A DNA stretch of 64,000 nt from a virus. Positions 1 to 8,595 of the stretch are shown here, in pieces (within the stretch, counting starts at the first letter, position 1; every line of letters starts with the position of its first letter). The DNA lies in IMG/VR virus record IMGVR_UViG_3300035633_000651, positions 45,678 through 109,677 of that record. One strand, written 5' to 3'. The notes beneath the pieces were generated by a model. It saw only the letters and a list, made by a program, of their open reading frames with translations. It had not been told where the DNA came from and made no database searches. The position numbers were made by a program, and so were the translations under genes.

Positions 1-1862
1 GCCGGCCGGCGCTTGCGTCCCTGGTTGTCCATGGCGGAGCGCCACACGACCCAAGCCACAGCGTGAGCTTGTTGGGGGGTGAGTCCGTACTCAGGGGCGA
101 CTTCGCGGAACCCATCCACGATGTCCTGTCGTTCGTTCTCGGTGACGGTCTTCAGCTTGCTGAGGACCTCACGTCCGTTGCGCCACAGGTTGGCCATGTG
201 CCCGTCGACCGTTGGCGTGTCCGCCATCGAGTCCGGGTCGAGGATCGAGCGGTAGAACACGCCAACTTTTGGTCCAATGGCTTCGCGCTCGCCGTCGAGG
301 ATCTCCTTGGCCTTGTAGAAGTTGCTGCTGTAGAAGGCGCCGCCCGGAACCCGCATGTACTTGTAGGCCTGCTCGCGCAGGACGCCCTTCACGTACTTGG
401 CTTCCGCCTGCAGCTCCTTCTTCTGTTCGGGGTCTTCGGCTTCCTTGGCTGCTGCGTTCAGGTCGGAGAGACGATCCCGCAGTGGGCGCATGATCCGGTC
501 ACGCTCGCGGTACAACTCTTCGTAGCGCTCAGGGTCGCCGATGATGCTGTCGGCTGCGCGCAGGTTCGACAGCCACGGCATGTTCGGACTGATGGCCGCA
601 ATGACGCCGACCACCGTCTCCAGCGGCACGCCGTGACGCTCGGCGATCTGCCGAGCGGCTGCGTTGGCGTCCTTGTACCAATCCTTGTAGTCGTTGATGA
701 CGTCTTCGCCCGCCACGTCGAGGACCGCGCGGATGTTGTCGGCGCTGTTCGGCTGCAGCCGGTCCTCGAAGTCTGCGAAGGTGTGGTCCGACAGCTGAGA
801 CTTTGCCGTCAGGTCTGAGCCGAAGCCGACCTCCTCCTCGAAGATGGGCGCTGTGGCGCGCAGATTCTCTTCGAGGTCCTGCGCTTCAGGGATGAACACG
901 CTCGGATTGAGCGCGAACTCGGGGTCGGGCGGAGACTGCTCGACACCGCCCAGCTCGTAGCTCGGGTCGAACGGCGCCTCTTCCTCCGAGAGGTCGAGGG
1001 CGGGGTCGATGTCGTCCGGCTCGGGGAGGGGCGTGTGGACGGTGTGCTCGTATTGGGCGTCCCGGATCAGTCTGATCCGGCCTCGCCGCTTCGGAGCCGG
1101 CGCAGCGCCTCCGCGATCGCCTTCTTCCGCCGATGGATGACTTCCATCGTGCGATGCCACGACCTGCGGGGCTTCCCGCGCCGGACCAGGTCCGCGTCCG
1201 GGCTCGGCGGCCGGGGCGGGCTTTTCCTGGAAGTGCTCACTCACCTCGACCTTAGACACTGGGCGGGCCATGTCAAGGGGGATGTTGCGCTTCGCGTCAT
1301 CCCAGTCGTAGCGGAACTCGAAGGTGTTCGAGCGGGTGCCCGTGAACAGCTCCTCGGGCGGCTCCTTCGGCTGGTCGCGCTTCTTGTCCTTTGGCTTGCG
1401 AGGCTGGACCGTCAAGGCCTCTGAACCGAAGAGGGGCTCTCCGGCCTGGCTCGGGACCGTGACCGACGGCCCGCCCTCGTCCGACTCGCGATAGCCCTCG
1501 TACATGCCGATGACGCCGTCCTCGCCTTTGAAGATGAAGGCGTCCTGCTCGTACTTCTGGGCCAGGGCGAGTGCGCGTCCGAAGTCGAGCCCCTTGATCA
1601 CCAGGCTGGGCTCGGGACGCATGCGGTTCTCGGAGTCCGACCACCACTGTCCTCGGGTCTGCCGGATGTCCGAGTCGGCAACGCCCATCTCTTGCAGGTC
1701 GCGCCGGAGCATCTGCATGCGTCGCTTGTCGTTCCTGCCCGAGATCCCGCGGGCCGCCGACATGACGACGGCGGTCTCGTTGCCGGACAGGAGCTTGTTC
1801 AGCTCCTTGGGTCCAAGGGGGTCGCGTTTGGCTGCGCTTCGCGTGGGGGTGTAGGTAGTCAT
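1..1862 (-). CDS. Large multidomain protein, C-terminus runs off the window: DUF3293-like N-terminal domain, acidic/Pro linker, HhH-glycosylase-like (DUF7178-type) C-terminal domain
   Basis: Absent from the ORF track (no stop in window). Manual translation from ATG 1862 is open for 620 codons: MTTYTPTRS...EPSLVIKG...LALAQKYEQDAFIF, then DWYKDA...VIAAISPNMPWLSN...GPKVGVFYRSI...VDGHM...QAHAVAWVVW. Confidence 0.75.
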   Translation of the reverse strand, partial: MTTYTPTRSAAKRDPLGPKELNKLLSGNETAVVMSAARGISGRNDKRRMQMLRRDLQEMGVADSDIRQTRGQWWSDSENRMRPEPSLVIKGLDFGRALALAQKYEQDAFIFKGEDGVIGMYEGYRESDEGGPSVTVPSQAGEPLFGSEALTVQPRKPKDKKRDQPKEPPEELFTGTRSNTFEFRYDWDDAKRNIPLDMARPVSKVEVSEHFQEKPAPAAEPGRGPGPAREAPQVVASHDGSHPSAEEGDRGGAAPAPKRRGRIRLIRDAQYEHTVHTPLPEPDDIDPALDLSEEEAPFDPSYELGGVEQSPPDPEFALNPSVFIPEAQDLEENLRATAPIFEEEVGFGSDLTAKSQLSDHTFADFEDRLQPNSADNIRAVLDVAGEDVINDYKDWYKDANAAARQIAERHGVPLETVVGVIAAISPNMPWLSNLRAADSIIGDPERYEELYRERDRIMRPLRDRLSDLNAAAKEAEDPEQKKELQAEAKYVKGVLREQAYKYMRVPGGAFYSSNFYKAKEILDGEREAIGPKVGVFYRSILDPDSMADTPTVDGHMANLWRNGREVLSKLKTVTENERQDIVDGFREVAPEYGLTPQQAHAVAWVVWRSAMDNQGRKRRP

Positions 1863-1872
1863 TGCATTCGGC

Positions 1873-3147
1873 TCACGGCACGTCGCTGACGAAGTTGGCC
1901 ACGGACATGTTGTTCATTGTGAAGTCTTCCGACCCAACATTGTCGCTGATCGTGGGGAAGGTGTCGCCGTCGCCCATGCGGTACCAGGAGTAGGGACTGG
2001 GCGTGAACCCGCTCAGGTCGTCAGGGGTACCCGAGTTGTAGAGGTTGGTCACTTGGGTCTGGTTCAGCTCGCTCGCGTAGTAGCTCAGCTCGTCCACGCG
2101 ACAGTCTTCACGCATGTAGCGTCCGCCATTGTCTCGGCCCACGCGGTGAAGAACTGCGGGCAGGTCTTCTGTACTGCCGCCTCCGCCAGACGACTGCGAG
2201 CTGAACGCAGTGGCTACACCGTCGATGTAGAACGTGAAGGCGTCAAAGCCGTTGGCCGCTGTCGTCGTTGCGGTGCCGTCGTAGGTGACGACGATATGCG
2301 TCCACGAGCCTGGCGTGACGACGGAGCCCACTGAGTTCATGCGGAGGAAGTTCGTGTTCCGACGGCCGTACTGGAAGGAAAGGCCGCTGCCGTTGTACCA
2401 CAGACGCGCGGCTGCCTGGCCGCTTCCGTCTCCGAAGAAGGTGATGGTTTGCTCGCCGTGGTTGCTCGTCCCCGGCTTGAACCAAAGGGACATGGACCAA
2501 GCGTCAGCGGCACCTGCACCGCCGCCCGTACGCACCATCGGGTGTCCGGAGGTAGCTGTGGCTTCCAGGAACTCGAAGCGGTCGAAGTTGGTCGACAGAG
2601 CATTCGTGAAGCCGACGCCGTCCACGGTGATGACCAGCGTGTCTGTCACCGACCCTGCCAAGTTGGCGACCGTCACCGGAATGTTCGCAGTCGCAGAGAG
2701 CGTTCCGATGATCCGGTTGACCTGGCCTGCGCTTAGCGCCAGGGTGGCGGGAAGGCTGTCGAAGCGGAAGGCAGTGGCGGTATCTGCTTCGAGCACGTAG
2801 TTGATGACGTCCGTCGGGGCTACAGTGAGAGCGAGCGCCGAGGTGATCGTCGGGACGGTGTCCTGTTCTAGGACACCGTCCACGAAGAGTGAGTTCAAAC
2901 GTGTGATTGTCTCCAGTTCGGTCGACCCGACCTGCTGGTGGTTGCCGTTGACGAACTCGGCGAACGGGACGTTCTGAACTTCGAAGAAGGCGTCTCCGTT
3001 GGTGTACTCTCGCCCCACGTCGCGGACGCCGAGGGTGCCGTCGCCGTTGCCAACCGCCTGAAGCGACCGCACCGGAAACACGCCGGTCGCGCCTGCGTCG
3101 AGGAAGATGTTGCGGAGGTTGTTGCTTCTGAAAACTCGGACAGTCAT
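1873..3147 (-). CDS. LamG/concanavalin-A-like domain protein, likely virion-associated
   Basis: WSMSLWFK...WTHIVVTYDG...FYIDG...VDELSYY motifs of LamG-like domains, preceded by an Ig-like segment. Confidence 0.75.
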   Translation of the reverse strand: MTVRVFRSNNLRNIFLDAGATGVFPVRSLQAVGNGDGTLGVRDVGREYTNGDAFFEVQNVPFAEFVNGNHQQVGSTELETITRLNSLFVDGVLEQDTVPTITSALALTVAPTDVINYVLEADTATAFRFDSLPATLALSAGQVNRIIGTLSATANIPVTVANLAGSVTDTLVITVDGVGFTNALSTNFDRFEFLEATATSGHPMVRTGGGAGAADAWSMSLWFKPGTSNHGEQTITFFGDGSGQAAARLWYNGSGLSFQYGRRNTNFLRMNSVGSVVTPGSWTHIVVTYDGTATTTAANGFDAFTFYIDGVATAFSSQSSGGGGSTEDLPAVLHRVGRDNGGRYMREDCRVDELSYYASELNQTQVTNLYNSGTPDDLSGFTPSPYSWYRMGDGDTFPTISDNVGSEDFTMNNMSVANFVSDVP

Positions 3148-3150
3148 GAC

Positions 3151-3843
3151 TTATCTCCGCTGGATGTCGAACACGACGCCTGCGGAGCGCAGCGTCCCCG
3201 CACGACTCAGGAGAATCTGCGGGATGACAGGATTTTCTCGCGTGGCGTCGCCTTCAATGAACAGAAGGTCTGTGAACTGGATTCGGTACTCGATGCCCGC
3301 TCCGTTGTTCAAGACACCGATGGAACGCTGCAGAGCAAACTGCGAGCCAGGCTCACCGACGAGAAACCGGAACGTAGCCAAGGACTGATTGACCTGCGGC
3401 GTGATGAAAAAGTCGTAGCGGTAAATGACTGTGTCACCGACGCCAAGCGAGCTGAAATCGTAAGACCCTCCAGCAAGCAAAAAGGTGGTCGACCCTGGCG
3501 GCGCGTACGTGTCGCCCAGCAACGACGCTGAACCGTCGTTCGGGATCGCAGTCCAGGTCTCCTCCGGAACGTTGACGACCGTTCCCGAGTCCGCGTACTG
3601 CGACATACCTTGCGACGAACTTCCGGCCACGTCACCGACCTGACCGACGATGTCGACGCGCAGCTGACCAGCGTTCACCGCACTGCGCAGCTCGGGGTCG
3701 GTCCCCAACTGGTACGGGTCGATGTCGTCGACCGTGACCGGGACGTTCGGCTGCAGTGTCAGGCGGACCTGCTCGATCCCGTCGCGGTTGACGTCGAGGG
3801 CGTACTGCTGGCCTGTTCCCAGGTATGTGAATCTAGCGTGCAT
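3151..3843 (-). CDS. Hypothetical beta-rich protein, possibly structural
   Basis: Tightly packed between same-strand neighbours. Confidence 0.6.
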   Translation of the reverse strand: MHARFTYLGTGQQYALDVNRDGIEQVRLTLQPNVPVTVDDIDPYQLGTDPELRSAVNAGQLRVDIVGQVGDVAGSSSQGMSQYADSGTVVNVPEETWTAIPNDGSASLLGDTYAPPGSTTFLLAGGSYDFSSLGVGDTVIYRYDFFITPQVNQSLATFRFLVGEPGSQFALQRSIGVLNNGAGIEYRIQFTDLLFIEGDATRENPVIPQILLSRAGTLRSAGVVFDIQRR

Positions 3844-5050
3844 CGTCGCCCTCTCGCACTTCGGGAATCTCGTTTAGCTCAGGAAGCCAGGCGTCTCGGA
3901 ACTCGGACGCGTTGCAGGACTCCATCTCCCCGAGCATGCGCTCAGGCCACAGCTCCAGGAAGGCCTCGCGGGCTGCGTCTTCGTCGTCCCATCCGATGAG
4001 CGTCTTGTACTGGTGGACGGTCTCGTTGCCTTCAGGGTCGAGTTGCTCGATGACCCAGACGCTGGGGTCCTTGTCCTTCCAGTTCGGTCCGAGCATGACG
4101 TCGATGGAGTCGCCGTCGACAGCGCGTGTGTCGTCGAAGTAGCCGTAGTGTCCAGGGCAGGTGCGTCCGTAGTGGGGCCGCTCTTCGCCGGAGAAGAACT
4201 CGATGGAGACCGGAAGGCCGAGCACGTCCAAGCTGGCGCGTGCCGGGTCGTCGCCAGGGTTTCGGTCGGCTTGTCGGTTGGCCTGAATCCAGCGCTTGCG
4301 TGCAGGCATCTCGTCCTCGACCGCGTTCATGTTCAGAACGACCAGCTGGCTGCCGAGGTTGATGGCATCGACTTCCATGTTCGCGAGACGTTGGTTTCCA
4401 CTGATCGTCATGGCGGACGACTTCAGAACGACAGGCCGTCCGGGTGGACGGTTGTTGGCGACCTGGGAGTTGTCGGGCAGGTACCAGACCTGTCGCGCGA
4501 TACGGCGACGCTTCTTCTTGCGGTGGCGTGCCTCCTTGCCCCAGCGACGCAGGTCCGGCTCACGCCGGTTCCACCAGTCCTCTTTGGGAAACTGTAGCAT
4601 GAGTTGGACGCGCAGCGTGTCGCCGAGGTCGTCGAGGACGTTCACGACGTGTCCGTGCGGGATGGTGCCCCAGGCCGTGTCGACGTCGCCTACCGCCTTC
4701 AAACGGTCGCCGGTTTGAAAGTCTGGCCCCTCGTCTGCGCGACTGTGACGCCACGGCGAGCGAGGAACTTCAATAGGGAAGGCCACGAAGATGTTGTCGA
4801 GGTCGACGCCCTTGACCGTTCCGTAGGTGCCGTCGGGTACGGTGAACCCGCCAGGCAGCGGTCGGCGGATGCCGTCAGCTACGGCCACAGCCCCTGACTG
4901 TGCGGTGCCGCGCGCCTCGACGGTGTCGCGCACGTTGAACTGCGAAGGGTCAGGGTCCTGTGCTCCGCGCTCCGGCGGCGAGTACAGACCCTCCGGCTCA
5001 GTCTCCGGCTCGCGCTTTTGGCGCCACAACTTATCCCACAGACCCGGCAC
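3833..5050 (-). CDS. Protein with a C-terminal inorganic-pyrophosphatase-like domain (polyvalent-protein type)
   Basis: HYGYFDDTRAVDGDSIDVMLGP...VWVIEQLD...YKTLIGWDDEDAAREAF. Confidence 0.7.
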   Translation of the reverse strand: MPGLWDKLWRQKREPETEPEGLYSPPERGAQDPDPSQFNVRDTVEARGTAQSGAVAVADGIRRPLPGGFTVPDGTYGTVKGVDLDNIFVAFPIEVPRSPWRHSRADEGPDFQTGDRLKAVGDVDTAWGTIPHGHVVNVLDDLGDTLRVQLMLQFPKEDWWNRREPDLRRWGKEARHRKKKRRRIARQVWYLPDNSQVANNRPPGRPVVLKSSAMTISGNQRLANMEVDAINLGSQLVVLNMNAVEDEMPARKRWIQANRQADRNPGDDPARASLDVLGLPVSIEFFSGEERPHYGRTCPGHYGYFDDTRAVDGDSIDVMLGPNWKDKDPSVWVIEQLDPEGNETVHQYKTLIGWDDEDAAREAFLELWPERMLGEMESCNASEFRDAWLPELNEIPEVREGDDAR

Positions 5051-5064
5051 GCGCAGTCCTCACT

Positions 5065-6081
5065 TCAGACCGCTTGTGGGCGCACCGGCACGGTGTCGTC
5101 GCGGTTGGGCGGCGCCTGTCCCACATCCATGGTGGGCATGGTGCCGATGTCGGGAACGTCAGAGTCAGGTCCGATACTGGGCTTGGGCTGCTTGGGCTTG
5201 CTTCGGTGCGGCACCGGCTCGCGGGGGAAGCTGCCGTGGGCGTCGAAGAAGCGCTCGAACTCCAGCGGCAGGACGGAGATGATGACGCCAGACTCGTCGT
5301 CTTGCAGCCGGATGCGGACGTAGTCGCCGGGGTTGTCACCCTCGGAGGGGTCGGGGTAGAGCGGGTTGGAGATCCCCGGGTCGCCGATGGCGTCGGCTTC
5401 CGGCGACGGAGGGTGCTGACCTTCGAGGGTGAACGAGCGGTCCGCTGGGATGACCAGCTCTCCGCCGTAGAGGAAGGGCGAGAAGGACTGCTTGGTCTCG
5501 ACCCAGGTACCGAGGTCGGTCTCGTGCTTCATCTGCGTGGGCACGTTGGCGTAGTCCTGTGCCTCCCCGCCGCCGTCGGGGGCGTACTGTCCAGGGCCGA
5601 CGTCCGGGCCGCGCTGGGCGACGACCACAACCTCGGCGTCGTCCCGGGGCAGCGGGGCTTGCCCACCCGGTCCCAGGTCAGCCGTGTCGGGCAGCTCCAG
5701 CTCGGGGAGCGGTGCCAGGATAAGCATCTCCTCGGGCTCGGGTTCCGGCTCCACGGTCACCGTGACGGACACGGACTGCCCGGTGCGGCCCCCGGCCCGC
5801 CGGGCAGTCCGGGGCTCGATGCCCGGAGCTGGCTCGGCGCGGAGGCGGACGATCACGTAGCCGTTGCCGTCCTCCGCGGTCTTGATGGCCCAGATGGCGT
5901 GCGCCTTCCGATAGAGCCCTGGCTGGTCGGGGACCGGGTCGAAGCCCTGCGCCATGGCCTGGCTCAGGCTGGCCACGCGCGGGAGTCGCGCCTCCTGCAT
6001 CCGGCGGGCCAATCGGTCGCTGTTGACGCGTGACGGAAGACCTGCTCCGTGGAGTCGGTCGCGCTCGAACCAGTCAGTCAT
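5065..6081 (-). CDS. Hypothetical Pro/acidic protein, first gene after a late-promoter motif
   Basis: ATG 6090 overlaps the motif; ATG 6081 lies 7 nt downstream of it and is preferred. Confidence 0.6.
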   Translation of the reverse strand: MTDWFERDRLHGAGLPSRVNSDRLARRMQEARLPRVASLSQAMAQGFDPVPDQPGLYRKAHAIWAIKTAEDGNGYVIVRLRAEPAPGIEPRTARRAGGRTGQSVSVTVTVEPEPEPEEMLILAPLPELELPDTADLGPGGQAPLPRDDAEVVVVAQRGPDVGPGQYAPDGGGEAQDYANVPTQMKHETDLGTWVETKQSFSPFLYGGELVIPADRSFTLEGQHPPSPEADAIGDPGISNPLYPDPSEGDNPGDYVRIRLQDDESGVIISVLPLEFERFFDAHGSFPREPVPHRSKPKQPKPSIGPDSDVPDIGTMPTMDVGQAPPNRDDTVPVRPQAV

Positions 6082-6088
6082 CGTCCCC

Positions 6089-6116
6089 ATAGTACGGTTT
6101 GGCGCCTCTCCGGGGC
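6089..6116 (-). promoter_or_regulatory. Putative late promoter GCCCCGGAG-N10-CCGTACTAT (copy 1)
   Basis: Same bipartite motif and spacing at 59004-59031 and 63658-63685, each just upstream of a minus-strand gene. Confidence 0.8.
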
Positions 6117-6129
6117 ACTACAAAAGTTT

Positions 6130-6155
6130 GACGATGTCAACGTGAGGATGTCAAC
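6130..6155 (-). promoter_or_regulatory. Direct pair of 12-bp boxes GTTGACATC(C/G)TC
   Basis: 6130-6141 and 6144-6155, between the divergent late and early promoters. Confidence 0.65.
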
Positions 6156-6162
6156 AAGCTTC

Positions 6163-6197
6163 TTGACAGACACCGGACAATGTCGTAAGCTGCCTGC
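6163..6197 (+). promoter_or_regulatory. Leaderless sigma70-type promoter with embedded dyad
   Basis: TTGACA gaca CCGG acaa TGT cg TAAGCT gcctgc ATG. Confidence 0.85.
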
Positions 6198-6965
6198 ATG
6201 TTGACGGACGACATCCGAGACAAACTGCGCAAACTCAACGCCCTCGCGGAGGGCGCGGGCACGCCTGAGGAGGCCGCAGCCGCCCGAGGTCGGATGGCCC
6301 GACTCTGCTTCAAGTTCGGCGTCACGATGGACGACGTCGAGCTGGAGGAGCCCCTCGTCGACGACGAGGAGATCGTCCACGAGGACGACCCCCTCTTCGT
6401 CCAGGCGAAGGTGATGAGCTGGAAATGGCGTCTGGCCGAGGGAATCGCGGTGGTCAATGGCGTCTTTCTCTATCAGCAGCAGGTCCCGTACAAGGTGTTC
6501 GACCCTAACCGAGGGTATTACCGGTACAAACGCAAGGGCGCCCTCATGATGGTCGGCAAGCCGACCGGCGTGCGCATGACGCGCTACCTCTTCCAGATGC
6601 TGCTCAACGACATCGAACGCCTGGCCAAGGTCTACTGCCGTGGGAAGTCGCGGAACTGGGGCGGCAACTGGCGCCACGGCTGCGTGGACACGGTCGCGAA
6701 GAAGGTCAAGGAAGCGTACGGGGAGGCCATCAAAGAGCTGCAGGCGGAGGGTGGCGGCAAGGCGCTGATCCGATTGCAGGACGCCATGGTCACTCTGAAG
6801 GACGCCGAGCGCTTCGCCCGGGCGCGCATGAACCTGACCAAGGGCACGTCGGGTGGCGTCTCGGCCGAGGCCGAGGCGCGAGCGGCAGGCCGCGCTGCGG
6901 GACACGGGATCAAGGTGTCAGGAGGGACGGCCATTTCTGCCGGTCGCCGGCAGTTGACGGGGTGA
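6198..6965 (+). CDS. DUF2786/DUF7168-type protein
   Basis: N-terminal IRDKLRKLNALAEG...EEAAAA...MARL..KFG signature. Confidence 0.75.
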   Translation: MLTDDIRDKLRKLNALAEGAGTPEEAAAARGRMARLCFKFGVTMDDVELEEPLVDDEEIVHEDDPLFVQAKVMSWKWRLAEGIAVVNGVFLYQQQVPYKVFDPNRGYYRYKRKGALMMVGKPTGVRMTRYLFQMLLNDIERLAKVYCRGKSRNWGGNWRHGCVDTVAKKVKEAYGEAIKELQAEGGGKALIRLQDAMVTLKDAERFARARMNLTKGTSGGVSAEAEARAAGRAAGHGIKVSGGTAISAGRRQLTG

Positions 6966-7321
6966 CACAGCCCGACTATGGTCAGGTGATGCCTGATGAT
7001 CACGCACGTGTAGAGGTACGATGCACCCCTGCAGAGAAGGAAACGATGAAGTCGCGCGCAGCTAAGGCCGGGTTTCCCGGACGCGGCTTCGCGACCTGGG
7101 CCCGAGCCGTGTTGCTCGGGCAAAAGCCCAAGACGGACCGACCACCGCCGAACACGAAGCTGCTCTCAGCAGCGGAAGCCGCAGACTACTGTGGCGTGTC
7201 CCGGCAGCAGATTTACGTCTGGGTCCAACAAGGAGAAGTGACGGGCTACGAACTGCCCGAGGGTCTTCGATTGGCGAAGACCGAACTGAAACACCGGCGA
7301 GCGGCAGCGCGCGCCAAGTAG
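6962..7321 (+). CDS. DNA-binding regulator: RHH-like N-terminus plus HTH_17/excisionase-like C-terminus
   Basis: VEVRCTPAEKETMKSRA...ATWARAVLL and LLSAAEAADYCGVSRQQIYVWVQQG. Confidence 0.7.
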   Translation: MTQPDYGQVMPDDHARVEVRCTPAEKETMKSRAAKAGFPGRGFATWARAVLLGQKPKTDRPPPNTKLLSAAEAADYCGVSRQQIYVWVQQGEVTGYELPEGLRLAKTELKHRRAAARAK

Positions 7322-7327
7322 GAGAAG

Positions 7328-7657
7328 ATGGCTATGACTGGGGAAGAAGGCACCAACACGACGAGAGTCTTCGCGCTCTTCGACACCGACGACGAAGTCG
7401 CTCCGCGAGAGCTACTGGACCGGAAGGATGTCGAAGACGCGAAGGCGCTCATCATGCGCTACATCGACAACGACGGTGTGACCAACATCGACACGGTCTA
7501 CAGCGACCCAAGCAGTCCTGGAGACCTGGACCTCTATCAGGCTGTCCAGGAGCTGCTCGACGAGGGGCTGATCGAAGGACCGGCGCTGGCGTCGTGCAGG
7601 ACGCACGAGGAGATGGAGTACCGTGGCACGGACAAGACGACAGCCGGCGTGGGCTGA
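7328..7657 (+). CDS. Hypothetical protein
   Basis: GGAG SD-like sequence upstream; operon packing. Confidence 0.6.
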   Translation: MAMTGEEGTNTTRVFALFDTDDEVAPRELLDRKDVEDAKALIMRYIDNDGVTNIDTVYSDPSSPGDLDLYQAVQELLDEGLIEGPALASCRTHEEMEYRGTDKTTAGVG

Positions 7658-7673
7658 GGGGCTCCGCAGCTTG

Positions 7674-7931
7674 ATGGGTCCGCTCGACGACGCGGCCATC
7701 GAACGCATCCAGGCATTCCTCGATGACCCGTCAGAGGAGACGTGGAACGGCTGCTACAGCCTCTGCGTCGGCGGCATGACCACCGTCTGGAAGGCGGTGT
7801 GCCGGGTCGACCCGGGCTTCCCGCGCTCGAAGAGCATCGGACCTGAGCCGTCGGGCTACGGCTGGCCACGCGTACCGGACCCGTTCACGGTCCGGCGAGC
7901 GCTGAAGGCGTGTCAGACCCAGGCCGCGTAG
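7674..7931 (+). CDS. Hypothetical phage protein
   Basis: MGPLDDAAIERI...; start uncertain. Confidence 0.55.
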   Translation: MGPLDDAAIERIQAFLDDPSEETWNGCYSLCVGGMTTVWKAVCRVDPGFPRSKSIGPEPSGYGWPRVPDPFTVRRALKACQTQAA

Positions 7932-8254
7932 CTCGGCGTGGACGACTCTGGCGCGAGGCAGACGGCACCCGGACGCCGGTCAAGGAGCTGCACGACCGGC
8001 ACCTGAAGCACATCGTGTGGATGTTCAAGAGTCGTGCCAACGATGAGCTGCAACAGTCCCTTGACGGACTCCGTACGCTGTGGGGACAACCGGGCATCGA
8101 GGCGCGCTACAGGCAACTGGAGCGCACGCCGTGGACGGCGGTGGCGAACCTGCTCGGAAAGGCCGAGCACCCGTACGCCTCGTTCGAGGACATCTACACC
8201 GAGGCCGTAGAGCGAGGCCTCGTCGAGGAGAGACCACGGAAGAGTTCAGATTGA
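7910..8254 (+). CDS. Hypothetical protein
   Basis: Fills the gap in the plus-strand operon. Confidence 0.55.
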   Translation: MSDPGRVARRGRLWREADGTRTPVKELHDRHLKHIVWMFKSRANDELQQSLDGLRTLWGQPGIEARYRQLERTPWTAVANLLGKAEHPYASFEDIYTEAVERGLVEERPRKSSD

Positions 8255-8595
8255 CTGAGGACCACATCAAGCTGCTTCGGCACATGTATGTTGGGTGGGA
8301 CGAGTGCGAGTTCGGTGCACCTTGCATCGACCCCAAACGCCCCTACGGCAACGGCGACGGTGTACAAGATATCGCCGAGATCCTGGGCATCGAGACGCCG
8401 AAGAGCTTCGAGCAGATGGACGAGGACGGCACCCTCGACACCTGGTACGAAGAGATGCACCCCAAGCTGTACACGCTGCACCGCCAGACGCTGCAGGCGC
8501 TGCAGATCGTGCTGTGTACGGGGTCGTTCGAGCCGGGGCTCTACCGGAGAGCGCGTCGCTACGACGCCCGCTCGTGGGAGCGCGTCGATGCGTAG
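8251..8595 (+). CDS. Hypothetical phage protein
   Basis: TEDHIKLLRHMYVGWD...IDPKRPYGNGD; start uncertain. Confidence 0.6.
   Translation: MTEDHIKLLRHMYVGWDECEFGAPCIDPKRPYGNGDGVQDIAEILGIETPKSFEQMDEDGTLDTWYEEMHPKLYTLHRQTLQALQIVLCTGSFEPGLYRRARRYDARSWERVDA

Noticed and set aside
63-818. 251-aa plus-strand ORF and the many long antisense ORFs (e.g. 28466-30622, 52174-53595, 57343-59007)
   Set aside because: Shadow frames of GC-rich genes on the opposite strand, with no motifs.
6962-7321. Excisionase implying an integrated prophage
   Set aside because: No integrase, att site or host genes in the window; HTH_17 domains are common in regulators.
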